DNA of 64,000 bases from an uncultured Dehalococcoidia bacterium (GTDB lineage Bacteria > Chloroflexota > Dehalococcoidia > Lucifugimonadales > UBA3495). Below are positions 46,376 to 55,705 of this stretch, piece after piece. Under the pieces are notes generated by a model. The model was given only the letters and a program-made list of their open reading frames with translations. It was not told where the DNA came from and searched no databases. The stretch spans positions 35,283 through 99,282 of the forward strand of contig CAYGAY010000008.1 in NCBI GenBank assembly GCA_964347975.1, in the 5' to 3' direction. How positions within the stretch are numbered: position 1 is the first letter of the stretch; each line of letters begins with the position of its first letter. A program made the translations under genes and the position numbers.

Positions 46376-47065
46376 TTGGCTCACGCAGACACCTCCCACG
46401 CTCCGCCGGCGCATCCACCGGCGCACGAGGAAGAAACCACCACCGGCATAAATCACCGGAAACTCCTGATGTGGGTGTTTCTCGGTTCCGACTGCCTCTT
46501 CTTCGGCTCTCTTATCGCGACCTACATGGTGTATCGCGGGCAGAGCATCGTCGGGCCGTATCCCCGGGACATCATCGACGTCCCAATAACCACCATCAGC
46601 ACCTTCGTCCTCCTGATGAGCTCCTTTGCCATGGTGATGGGCGTCGCGGCAGCCCGCAATGGGAACCAGAAACGATTGATCCAATGGTTGTTGCTGACCA
46701 TCGTTCTGGGCGCCACCTTCATCGGTTTCCAGGTTTATGAATTCAACCTGTTCCGCGTTGAAGGGCTGCGCTACGAGACCAACCTGTTCAGCAGCACATT
46801 CTTTACGCTGACCGGTTTTCACGGCGCTCACGTAACCCTCGGCCTGTTCTGGCTGGTGTGCCTGGTCATCATCGCCGCCCGCAACCCGGCCGGTCGTCCT
46901 TCCGGCCTGGACGTGGACATTGCCGGGCTGTACTGGCACTTCGTTGACATCGTTTGGATCGTGATTTTCACGCTGCTATACTTGGTTGGCGGATTTGACG
47001 GCCCGCCGGAAGCCGGCCACGCCGCAGTCCAGGGATGGAATTGGGTCACCGGACTTTTCAGCTAG
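46376..47065 (+). CDS. ctaE: Cytochrome c oxidase subunit III
   Basis: MWVFLGSDCLFFGSLI and FFTLTGFHGAHVTLG. TTG start 8 nt after AGGAG (start uncertain). Confidence 0.85.
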   Translation: MAHADTSHAPPAHPPAHEEETTTGINHRKLLMWVFLGSDCLFFGSLIATYMVYRGQSIVGPYPRDIIDVPITTISTFVLLMSSFAMVMGVAAARNGNQKRLIQWLLLTIVLGATFIGFQVYEFNLFRVEGLRYETNLFSSTFFTLTGFHGAHVTLGLFWLVCLVIIAARNPAGRPSGLDVDIAGLYWHFVDIVWIVIFTLLYLVGGFDGPPEAGHAAVQGWNWVTGLFS

Positions 47066-47087
47066 GTTTCGAGGAGGCAACCACCAG

Positions 47088-47945
47088 ATGAGCACCAACC
47101 CCGGACACGAGGCCGCCATGGGCCACGAAGAACACACTGCCCACGAAGACGCCGGGATAGCGCGGTTTTTCTGGGGCCGTGTGCCGGAAGGGGTGCATGG
47201 CGGCCTAAAGCAGTACGGCCTGCTGGCCTTATTCCTGGGGATCATAACGCTGATCGAATTCCTGATCATCGTACCGGAAACGTTGCAGGGCAGCAGCGTG
47301 GTGATCGCGCCGCTGGTGATCCTCTCGGTGATCAAGTTTTTCTGCGTGGTCGCTTTCTTCATGCACCTGAAGTTCGAGCACCGGCTGTTGTGGCAGATCT
47401 TCGTCGCTGGATTGGCATTAGGGTTGGTGGTGGCGCTTGCTTTGGTGCTGCTGTTCGGGGTATTCCGCATCGACGCCCGGGAGTTCTCCGAGCCGCGGGT
47501 GACGCCCTTTGAGCACCACGCTGAGGAACACCACGCGGAAGTGGCCCGTCCGTTGCCGGCAGAGGTGCCGGGCCCGGTGGATCCGGCCGACGCGGCCCCA
47601 GCTGCCCCTGCTGGTAACGCAGCCGCCGCTTCATCCCCCGGGCAAGTTCTGTTTATCGGCACCGCGGCTTGCGCCTCCTGCCACGCCGTACAAGGCGTAG
47701 CCCAGGGGGTGCTCGGGCCGCCCCTGGACGGCATCGCCAGCACTGCGGCCAATCGGATTTCTGGATACTCTGCTGAGGAGTACATCAGGGAATCCATTGT
47801 GGAACCCGACGCCTATACCGCCGGCACTGCCGACGGCCTCAGTCAAGACTACCAGGAAGGACTGATGCAAGCCACGATGGCCGGCATCTCCCTGTCCGAA
47901 GAAGACGTGGATAATCTGGTGGAGTACCTGCTGACGCTGAGATAG
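47088..47945 (+). CDS. Oxidase subunit IV-like membrane protein fused to a C-terminal monohaem cytochrome c
   Basis: N-terminal part LKQYGLLALFLGIITLIEF...KFFCVVAFFMHLKFE (prokaryotic COX4 family pattern), a Pro/Ala linker, then CASCH plus a downstream Met-rich segment. SD GAGGAGG. Confidence 0.75.
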   Translation: MSTNPGHEAAMGHEEHTAHEDAGIARFFWGRVPEGVHGGLKQYGLLALFLGIITLIEFLIIVPETLQGSSVVIAPLVILSVIKFFCVVAFFMHLKFEHRLLWQIFVAGLALGLVVALALVLLFGVFRIDAREFSEPRVTPFEHHAEEHHAEVARPLPAEVPGPVDPADAAPAAPAGNAAAASSPGQVLFIGTAACASCHAVQGVAQGVLGPPLDGIASTAANRISGYSAEEYIRESIVEPDAYTAGTADGLSQDYQEGLMQATMAGISLSEEDVDNLVEYLLTLR

Positions 47946-48081
47946 CTCCGCTCCGGGACTTGTGTAAAGAGGGGCAGCCTGCATCGGCTGCCCCTCTTGC
48001 TATGCCACCGGCAGCGTGTACACTGTATCCGCCGCGCCGTGTTGCGCTGCTGCGTTGGAGCCGCCACCAGGAGGAACCGCC

Positions 48082-48965
48082 ATGCTGGTTGATTTGATTC
48101 GCCTCACCGCTGCCGATGGGATGGAGTTGGACGGCGCTTTCTTCGCGCCGGAGTCCGATGCCGCGTCCGCCGGCCCAATTGATGCCGCCATGGTGATTCA
48201 CGGTTCCGGCCGCAACTTCTACACGCCGGCCACGGCGGCCATGGCCGAGGACCTGCGCAACGCTGGCTACGCCGCCCTGACCATCAACACGCGCGGGCAC
48301 GAACCGTGTGGGTGGACCGGCAAACCGGAGTAGCCGAAGGCAACGCCTACGAGATACTGGACAACAACCGCCAAGACCTGCGTGCCGGCATCGACTATCT
48401 CGCGTCCCTGGGCTACCAGCGTATCGCGATCCTGGGCCAGAGCATGGGCGCCGTTAAGGTCACCTACTACGCCGCCGTTGAGAAGGACCCGCGGGTTGCC
48501 GCCGTGGTGCCCATCTCGCCGGTGCGCCTTTCCTGCTCCTACTACCTGGAATCCGCGGACGCCGACGAATTCCGCGCGAACCTGGAAACCGCCGACTGCA
48601 TGGAAGCGGAAGACCGCGCCATGGATCTGTTTTACGTGGACTTTCCCATCAAGGAAATGTTCTCCGCGATGGCGTACATTGACAAGCATGGCCCGCTGGA
48701 ACGGTACAATGTAATCCGGCACGTTGCCCAAATTCGCGTGCCTTTATTCGTCCTTTCCGGTTCCACCGAGACCCATACTCGCCTGCTGGACGTTCCGCAA
48801 GACATGATCGCCGCCGCCGTGAACAGCCCCCGCGCCGAGTATCTGGTGCTGGAAGGCGGGACGCACTCTCTGACCAATATGATGCCCGAGGCCGGCCAGG
48901 CCGTGGTCAACTGGCTCGCCTCCCTTGCTGCCTCGGCTGGGCAAACTGCGGTTGCCGCAAACTGA
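48082..48965 (+). pseudogene. Alpha/beta hydrolase split by a frameshift near 48300-48330
   Basis: Track ORFs 48016..48333 and 48306..48965 are N- and C-terminal halves of one alpha/beta hydrolase (HGSGRNFY...; GQSMG nucleophile elbow) in different frames, overlapping by about 28 nt. Confidence 0.6.
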
Positions 48966-49408
48966 TGGACCGATCCGGCGACCCCTTTACGATGAAGCCG
49001 ATTGGCTACGTCCGGAGCCGGTTCGACAGCTATGCGCCGTCGGACGAAATGCGGGCGCACCCGTCGGAAATCGTTGTGCATCCGAACTTTGCCGACGGCC
49101 TCATGGGCCTTAAATCGGGAGGGCAAATCCTGACGCTTTTCCTGTTGCACCGGGCGATGGCTGTTGGGTATGAACTCCGGCTCCATCCCGGTCACAATCC
49201 CGATAACCCGATTCGGGGGGTGTTCAGCACCCGCAGCCAATACCGTCCGAATTTCATCGCCGCCACGGTGGCCCGGATCCAGTCAATTCGACACGATGGG
49301 GCGACCGGGGAAGCCGTGCTGACCGTGACCGAACTTGACGCGCAGGATGGCTCGCCCGTTATCGACATCAAACCCTACCGGGCAAGCCGCGACGCGCCAC
49401 CGCCATAG
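48965..49408 (+). CDS. TsaA/TrmO-family tRNA methyltransferase (UPF0066)
   Basis: MKPIGYVRSRF..., GVFSTRSQYRPN, and LDAQDGSPVIDIKPY. Confidence 0.8.
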   Translation: MDRSGDPFTMKPIGYVRSRFDSYAPSDEMRAHPSEIVVHPNFADGLMGLKSGGQILTLFLLHRAMAVGYELRLHPGHNPDNPIRGVFSTRSQYRPNFIAATVARIQSIRHDGATGEAVLTVTELDAQDGSPVIDIKPYRASRDAPPP

Positions 49409-49524
49409 GGCGCCAATTTTGACACCGCCGGGCCATTCCTATACCATCCCCTGCGGTGTTTGCCGAATGCCAGCGATGGAAATAACAGTAGCCAACGGTG
49501 GGTTCTCCGCCCGGTTCTTGCAAT

Positions 49525-49833
49525 ATGCCAATCTATGAATATCGCTGCCAGTCCTGCCATCAGGTGAGCAGCTTCTTTTTCAAGGTCGCTGCCGCGGCGA
49601 CGGCCGTAAATTGCGAATACTGCGGAGACCACGGTATGGAGCGCATCATGTCGTCTTTCTCCAAGGGCCGCACCGAAGCGGACCAGTTGCGCGACCTGGA
49701 TCCCCGTTACTACAAAATGGTGGATGATGCTCTGGGCAAAGCTCCCGCTACCACCGATCCTGACCATTATCTTCGCAAGATGGCGCCGTTCACCGCTGCG
49801 GAAAAGACCGGCGATCCTTATTTCGGCGAATAA
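49525..49833 (+). CDS. FmdB-family zinc-ribbon protein
   Basis: MPIYEYRCQSC...CEYCG. Confidence 0.8.
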   Translation: MPIYEYRCQSCHQVSSFFFKVAAAATAVNCEYCGDHGMERIMSSFSKGRTEADQLRDLDPRYYKMVDDALGKAPATTDPDHYLRKMAPFTAAEKTGDPYFGE

Positions 49834-49887
49834 ACTGAAGCGCCGGCCCAACTTCTCATCCCCGGCGCCCCCGGAGACGTCCTCGGA

Positions 49888-50325
49888 ATGACTGCTGATC
49901 CAATCGTATTCCCTTCGCTGGGCTGGTTTGAAGCTCTGCAAAAACTGGTGAATGATGACCCGGCCTACCGGCAAATTGGCACCGTTGACGCCGCCATGGG
50001 TGTTAAGGTCGCCGACGAGGTGTTCGTGGTCACGTTCGAAGCTTTCGAATGTCGGTCTGTCCGAGCCGGCAATGAGTACGACTTGATCAACGTGGACTTC
50101 TTCATCGAGATGGAACCCGACGCATGGCGGACGATGCTGGAAAACATCAAGGCCAACGGCGCAGCCGAAGCCGGGCAGACCCTGGTCAGCCTGGACATGC
50201 TCCACGAGATTTCGACCAACGCCACGGGCGACCAACTTCGCGCGGATATGTTCTTCCGCTACAACCAGAGCTTGCAGCACTTTTTCGACCTGTCGGCCAA
50301 CCTGAACACGGTGTTCGCCGAATGA
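49888..50325 (+). CDS. SCP2-like sterol/lipid-carrier-fold protein (tentative)
   Basis: 145 aa. Pattern W..A....N.......G......F.....E.W resembles SCP2 domains only loosely. Confidence 0.45.
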   Translation: MTADPIVFPSLGWFEALQKLVNDDPAYRQIGTVDAAMGVKVADEVFVVTFEAFECRSVRAGNEYDLINVDFFIEMEPDAWRTMLENIKANGAAEAGQTLVSLDMLHEISTNATGDQLRADMFFRYNQSLQHFFDLSANLNTVFAE

Positions 50326-50355
50326 ATCGCCCGGAGCGTTGCACACCCCGGCGGT

Positions 50356-52422
50356 ATGGCTATTCAGGAACATATCCGGCGTGTGGCGCGCTACCGCCCC
50401 GACCGCTTTACGCTGCTGCTGATTGCACTCGCCGCGTTGGGCGCTGGCTTGGCGCTGGCGCGGGAGGCCGCCTACGGCGTTGGCCTGCACTGGGATTCCA
50501 TCAACTACATCGCGGTGGCCCGGAACCTGCTGGCCGGCGAGGGCTTTGCCAACTTTCAAGGAAGCGCCTATAGCAACTGGCCCCCGCTGTACCCGATGCT
50601 GCTGGCCGCCGCCAGTTTCGGCGTATTCGACCCACTGGACGTGGCCGGCCCTCTCAACGCCGTCATCTTCGGGTTGACCGTCTTTGTCGCGGGGCAATAC
50701 CTGCGGCAGCGCCTGGCGTCCCGTTTCTTGGCAGTGTGGGCCGGTCTTGCCATTGCCCTGTCGCTCCCGCTGACCGAGCTGGCCGCTTGGGCTTTGACCG
50801 GGGCGCCGTTCATCTTGCTGGCGACGCTGGCGCTAATCCAGACCGACAAGTTTCTGAGCGAAGGCAAAACCGCATCCCTGGTCTGGGCCGCGGTATTTTG
50901 CGCCCTGGCCTGGCAGACCCGCTACATCGGCGTGGCCGCCCCGGCAATCGTGGGGCTACTGCTGCTGTTCCAGCACGGGGCAACGCTACGGCAAAAGGCC
51001 CGGCGCGTCGCCGGCTTTTCGCTGATAGTGGCCATGCCCATGGGCCTGTGGCTGCTGCGGAATTACCTGGCGGTTGGGGAACTCACCGGGCGCCGGCCCG
51101 TGGATTATTCCCTGTGGGAAATTCTGGACGGCATTCTCTCGGGGATAAGTCAATGGGTGGTCTTCGACCTGCCTTGGCTCCGGCTGTCGTCCTTCGACTT
51201 TCTCCCGTTGCCGGAGATTGTAGCCGCCTTCGCGGCGCTGGCCGCTCTGGTCCTGATAGCCACCGTTGGCATTTCCCTGAGGAATGACCGGAGAAAGGAA
51301 CCCGGAATCAGCTGGCGTCCGTTCTACATATTCGGCGGCTTTTCGCTAATTTATGTCGTCCTGCTCGTGGTCGCAATGTTGTTGGGCAGCACCTGGCACG
51401 GGGTTCAGTCAAGGTTCCTGGTTCCCCTGTACGTCCCGCTCCTGATAGCGGCAACATTCGTGCTGGACCGGCTCCTGATCTGGGAGCGGGAGAGAAATCT
51501 GCTGGGTAACATGGGCCGCTTGCCAATAATCAGAACTACTGTACGGGAGGGAGCAGAAACACCAAGCTTGCTGACTGCGGCCCTGATGGCAGCCCTTGCG
51601 CTCTGGGTGGTCGGGCAAATCTATCGGAATATGTGCGCCATAGATCAGGCCAACGCCGACGGCATCGGCCACTACAACGTGCGAATGTGGGCCGAATCCG
51701 CGACCCTGCGGCATATCCGGGAGAACCCCATTGACGGCCAGGTGTACAGCAATGTAACGGTACTGGCGTATCTCCACAATGCCGGGGCCGCTACATACCG
51801 TGGCCTGCCCGCCAGCCGTCCTATTGGGCATATTGTCGCCGCGGGAGGCGGCCAGTCCGCCACCGGACAGGAACAGTTGCGCCGGTGGATTGTCGATGCC
51901 CCCGACGGGGCATACGTGGTCTGGATTCAAAATTACTCAGCGAACCACCTTTACGACTATGACGAGGCCACTATGCACGTGGCACCGGGGCTGGAGCCGG
52001 TGGCGGTCTTGGAGGACGGCGTCATATTCCAGGTCAACAAGGCCTATGACCCCACCGCCGCGTTGCGGGCCGAGTACGCCGCCATCTTGTCCGGCCAGCC
52101 GGCGGCCCGCTCCAATTTTGACGTCTATCCCGGCGAGAACGCCTTGACCTACGCCAAGAACCCGTGCGCCGAAGCGGACACGGCGGGGCGCTTCTTCCTG
52201 CACCTCACCCCCGCCGACAGGGATGACCTGCCCACCCATCGCCGGCAGTACGGCTTTGACAACCTGGACTTCCGTTTTCGGGAACGCGGCGGCCTGCTGT
52301 TCGACCACCGCTGTTGGGTGTCCGTCCCCCTCCCGGATTACCCCATCGTCCGTATCCGCACCGGCCAGTTTATTCCCGGAGAGGGCCAGCTCTGGACATC
52401 GGAGTTTCCCTTCCGCAGATAG
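50356..52422 (+). CDS. GT-C-fold membrane glycosyltransferase (ArnT/PMT, family 39-like) with large C-terminal soluble domain
   Basis: N-terminal loop HWDSINYIAVARNLLAGEG after TM1, then about 10 further TM helices and about 250 aa of soluble tail. Confidence 0.55.
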   Translation: MAIQEHIRRVARYRPDRFTLLLIALAALGAGLALAREAAYGVGLHWDSINYIAVARNLLAGEGFANFQGSAYSNWPPLYPMLLAAASFGVFDPLDVAGPLNAVIFGLTVFVAGQYLRQRLASRFLAVWAGLAIALSLPLTELAAWALTGAPFILLATLALIQTDKFLSEGKTASLVWAAVFCALAWQTRYIGVAAPAIVGLLLLFQHGATLRQKARRVAGFSLIVAMPMGLWLLRNYLAVGELTGRRPVDYSLWEILDGILSGISQWVVFDLPWLRLSSFDFLPLPEIVAAFAALAALVLIATVGISLRNDRRKEPGISWRPFYIFGGFSLIYVVLLVVAMLLGSTWHGVQSRFLVPLYVPLLIAATFVLDRLLIWERERNLLGNMGRLPIIRTTVREGAETPSLLTAALMAALALWVVGQIYRNMCAIDQANADGIGHYNVRMWAESATLRHIRENPIDGQVYSNVTVLAYLHNAGAATYRGLPASRPIGHIVAAGGGQSATGQEQLRRWIVDAPDGAYVVWIQNYSANHLYDYDEATMHVAPGLEPVAVLEDGVIFQVNKAYDPTAALRAEYAAILSGQPAARSNFDVYPGENALTYAKNPCAEADTAGRFFLHLTPADRDDLPTHRRQYGFDNLDFRFRERGGLLFDHRCWVSVPLPDYPIVRIRTGQFIPGEGQLWTSEFPFRR

Positions 52423-52514
52423 CCGGCAGGGGTTGCGTCAGCGTAATATAATGTCGGGGCTACCCAGCCGCGCCGCCCCGAATTCCCGCCAGCGGCGCAC
52501 GAGAGGATTTTTGA

Positions 52515-53627
52515 ATGACCACAACCACAGTTCTTGAAGAAGTAGGGATGGATCCGACCGCAGTTCAGGCGTTGGAAGACGTGTTTCGCCAGCAGATTGA
52601 TCAAGGCCGGCATCCCGGCGCCGGCCTGGCCGTGTACCGTCACGGCAGGCTGGTCGTTGACCTGTGGGGCGGACTGGCGGACGACGCTGCCGGCACTCCC
52701 GTTGCCGCCGATACCATGTTCATCCTCTATTCCTCCACCAAGCCGCTGGCGGCAGCCTGCCTGCACATTCTCTGGGAGCGCGGACAGCTGGCTTGGGACG
52801 ATAAGGTCGCCGAATACTGGCCCCAATTCGCCAAGCACGGCAAGGACACCGTCACCATCCGGCATGTCCTCACCCACCGGGGCGGCTTCCCGGAGACTCC
52901 GCCGGAACTTTCCTGGGACCGCTGGCAGGATTGGGATTACGTGGTGGAGTGCATGGAAAACATCATCCCCGACTACCCGGCGGGACAGATCATGGCCTAT
53001 CACCCGCGCAACTTCGGATGGGTGATCGGTGAGTTGGTGCGACGCATCGACGGACGCCACATCGGAGTGTTTCTCCGGGAAGAAATCTTCGATCCCCTGG
53101 GTTTGCACGACGGATACGTCGGCCTGCCGCCGGAACTGGAGCGCCGAGTATCCCGCATCCACGCCATGGAAGACTGCGACCGTCCGGGGATGATACGCCC
53201 GTACAACCGCCCGGAAGTGCATCAGGCGGTCCATCCCGCCGGCGGCGGCATATTCACCGCCCGGGATCTCGCCCGTTTCTACGCCATGATGTGCAACGGC
53301 GGTGAGTTGGATGGCGTGCGCATTCTGAAACCGGAAACGGTAGCAGAAGTCACGGCCCTCCAGTCGGAGGCCAACGATTTCTCCCTGGGCGCTCGGATGC
53401 GCCGCTCCCTGGGCCTGGTGCTGGACGACAGCCGCATGGGCGCGACGGAAAAGCCCGGCGAAGGATTGGGCACCTTCGGGCACGGCGGCGCCGGAACCTC
53501 CGTAGGCTGGGCCGACCCGTCAATGGGCTTGGCAGTGGCCTATATCACCAACGGCTTCCGGGCCAGCGCCACCAACAACCCGCGTCTCGCCGCCGTATCC
53601 AGAGCGGTGCGGGCGGCGTGTGAATAG
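52515..53627 (+). CDS. Serine hydrolase, beta-lactamase/transpeptidase-like family
   Basis: YSSTKPL (SxxK), a YHP/YxN-like motif, and HGGAGTS near the C-terminus. Confidence 0.8.
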   Translation: MTTTTVLEEVGMDPTAVQALEDVFRQQIDQGRHPGAGLAVYRHGRLVVDLWGGLADDAAGTPVAADTMFILYSSTKPLAAACLHILWERGQLAWDDKVAEYWPQFAKHGKDTVTIRHVLTHRGGFPETPPELSWDRWQDWDYVVECMENIIPDYPAGQIMAYHPRNFGWVIGELVRRIDGRHIGVFLREEIFDPLGLHDGYVGLPPELERRVSRIHAMEDCDRPGMIRPYNRPEVHQAVHPAGGGIFTARDLARFYAMMCNGGELDGVRILKPETVAEVTALQSEANDFSLGARMRRSLGLVLDDSRMGATEKPGEGLGTFGHGGAGTSVGWADPSMGLAVAYITNGFRASATNNPRLAAVSRAVRAACE

Positions 53628-53700
53628 GACGGCTCGGTTTGAAATTGCGCGGCAACCCAAGGAAGAAGAAACCACGGCTAATCCGCGAAGGAAGTGGAAG

Positions 53701-54261
53701 ATGGCGCAAGCAAGAAAAATATCTGCGGACGATTGGAATGTTATCGCCACGGCACTAGGCGGAGATGTCGCCGAAAATCTCAAGACTGTGATATTGGAAT
53801 GGGATGTGCCGGACAAGCACGGCGACAATATGCGCCTAGCAAGGGCCTTAAAGGCTGTACACCAGAAAATAGAAGCGGGGGTCAAGTATTACCGGAAAAC
53901 CATGTACGAGAATCGCACCGACCCACCGCGCCGTCGCCAGATAATAGACGATGGTGTGGGATACACGTGGGTTCCTGAAATCCCACCAACGGACGTATAT
54001 GCCGTTAACATTCCCGCCGTCATTGAGTTTGCGCCACAATGCGATTGGCCCGATTTGTATCAGACGCAGGTGGATACGGACGCGGTACAAAGACTAGCTC
54101 CGCCATCGGAACACCCCGAGTACTACCGTCATACCGTCATTCCCGAACGGGTAGAGATTTATTGTCCACGGTCCGACCATCCCAACCTGTATCGTTGGGA
54201 GGGGAGGAAAGGTGGACGCAAGGGATATATGAAAGCGGTTGTCCGCAAGGAGAACGCATGA
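53701..54261 (+). CDS. Hypothetical protein A of AT-richer islet (186 aa)
   Basis: ATG 53701 after GGAAGTGGAAG. Ordinary globular composition. No motif recognised. Confidence 0.5.
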   Translation: MAQARKISADDWNVIATALGGDVAENLKTVILEWDVPDKHGDNMRLARALKAVHQKIEAGVKYYRKTMYENRTDPPRRRQIIDDGVGYTWVPEIPPTDVYAVNIPAVIEFAPQCDWPDLYQTQVDTDAVQRLAPPSEHPEYYRHTVIPERVEIYCPRSDHPNLYRWEGRKGGRKGYMKAVVRKENA

Positions 54262-54417
54262 GATTAACTGCGGTTCAACCTGAAAGCGCAACAGGAGACG
54301 CCCCTTTGGTGCGACGGTGGATATAATCGCGATGGCGGAGCGCAAGTTACAAGCACGCAAAGTCAAATGGAACCAATAGGACTCCTACCCTCGAAGGCCC
54401 TATAGCATCGCTACCAG

Positions 54418-54951
54418 ATGCTAAACTTGAATGACTTGAACAATTCCTCGATACCGGGCGTCACGCCTGCCTTGGGGAATGCCTTGGTTGAAGCTGCCGC
54501 TATCTGTCTGGATTCCAAGGGACACCGGCCAGGTGCGCGGCTTGCAGTTCGCGGCATTTCTGACCGCAGTTACACGCTGAAATGGCAACCGGCATCGGAA
54601 CAGGCACATCGGATTTGGCAGTATAATCGTGCCACCGAGTGGGGCGCCGAAGGCATAGCGGTGATACTGGCTGAAAACGAAACCCCTTACACGGTGATAG
54701 AAGCCGGTGTACAACTTACCGGTATTGACTACTGGCTCGGCAATGCATCTGACGCTACTTTCCAGCGCAAGGCGCGACTGGAAGCATCCGGTATTCGCTA
54801 TCCTGGCGACGGTATCGTCAATAGCAGCGTCATCACGCAACGAGTTAATGATAAATTACGTCAGACTAATCAATCGGATGATACGCAATTGCCCGCCTAC
54901 GTAATCGTGGTTGAGTTTAGCCGGCCGGTGGCTGAGGTTCACGAAAAATGA
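54418..54951 (+). CDS. Hypothetical protein B (177 aa), possible PD-(D/E)xK-like fold
   Basis: Spaced acidic residues in predicted strand contexts: EWGAEGIAVIL ... TGIDYWLG ... ARLEASGI. This is pattern-level only. Confidence 0.5.
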   Translation: MLNLNDLNNSSIPGVTPALGNALVEAAAICLDSKGHRPGARLAVRGISDRSYTLKWQPASEQAHRIWQYNRATEWGAEGIAVILAENETPYTVIEAGVQLTGIDYWLGNASDATFQRKARLEASGIRYPGDGIVNSSVITQRVNDKLRQTNQSDDTQLPAYVIVVEFSRPVAEVHEK

Positions 54952-55304
54952 GCGTGATGAACGATTTCCATCATCAGGCGATTGACTACGCCGCCCGAGG
55001 GTTTATGGAACAGATGCAAGGCAATGCTGAAAGCGCCTCCAGCTGCTTTGAGCAGGCCTTGCAGATGGAATTAGCCGCCATCGCGGAACTCACCGAACCC
55101 ATTGAACCCACCCACTCCGTCCTGCACAGGAGCGCCGGCTGGATGGCTTATCACTCCGGGCAGTATCGCAAAGCGGAGCGGCTGGCCGCCGTTGCTTTGG
55201 CCCACGAACCGCCGCCCGAAATCGCTGACGAGTTGCGGGACCTGCTGAAGCACGTTTACGCTCAATGGCCGTCCAAGCGCAAAGCTGAAGCCGTCGCCGA
55301 CTAG
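54948..55304 (+). CDS. Hypothetical helical (TPR-like) protein C (118 aa)
   Basis: Start overlaps the gene B stop (ATGA). Helical-repeat-like sequence FEQALQMELAAIA...GQYRKAERLAAVAL. Confidence 0.5.
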   Translation: MSVMNDFHHQAIDYAARGFMEQMQGNAESASSCFEQALQMELAAIAELTEPIEPTHSVLHRSAGWMAYHSGQYRKAERLAAVALAHEPPPEIADELRDLLKHVYAQWPSKRKAEAVAD

Positions 55305-55315
55305 CTGATTGGCAA

Positions 55316-55672
55316 ATGCCTACCATCATCTACCACCTCGCGTTCCGCAACGATTGGGAGGCGGGACTAGCAGCCGGCGAATACCGTGCTCCGTCCCTGG
55401 CCGAAGAGGGTTTTATCCACGCGAGCGGCGACGAGGCGCAGACACTGCGCGTTGCGGCCCGTTTGTTCGCCGGCAGCGCCGACTTGCTGGTCCTCGACAT
55501 AGACACCGTTCTGCTGGGTGAAGGATCACCTGTCATAAGGGAGCCGGCCCGGTCGGGGGAGATTTACCCGCACATCTACGGTCCGGTCGCACTGGATGCC
55601 GTGGTACGAATACGGAAGCTGGTCCCGGACCCGGATAGTCAAGCGGGCTTTAGGCTGCTTAACAGCGGATGA
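55316..55672 (+). CDS. DUF952-family protein
   Basis: IIYHLAFRNDWEAG...GEYRAPSLAEEGFIHAS...LLVLDIDT...GEIYPHIYGPVALDAVV. Confidence 0.8.
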   Translation: MPTIIYHLAFRNDWEAGLAAGEYRAPSLAEEGFIHASGDEAQTLRVAARLFAGSADLLVLDIDTVLLGEGSPVIREPARSGEIYPHIYGPVALDAVVRIRKLVPDPDSQAGFRLLNSG

Positions 55673-55705
55673 GCGAGGTACTCTATCCGGTATTCCGACG
55701 ACCAG

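Noticed and set aside
49375-50697. 440-aa minus-strand ORF
   Set aside because: It overlaps four well-supported plus-strand genes (trmO-like, FmdB, SCP2-like, GT-C) and has shadow-ORF composition.
52338-53483. 381-aa minus-strand ORF
   Set aside because: Antisense to the SxxK serine hydrolase gene. No motifs.
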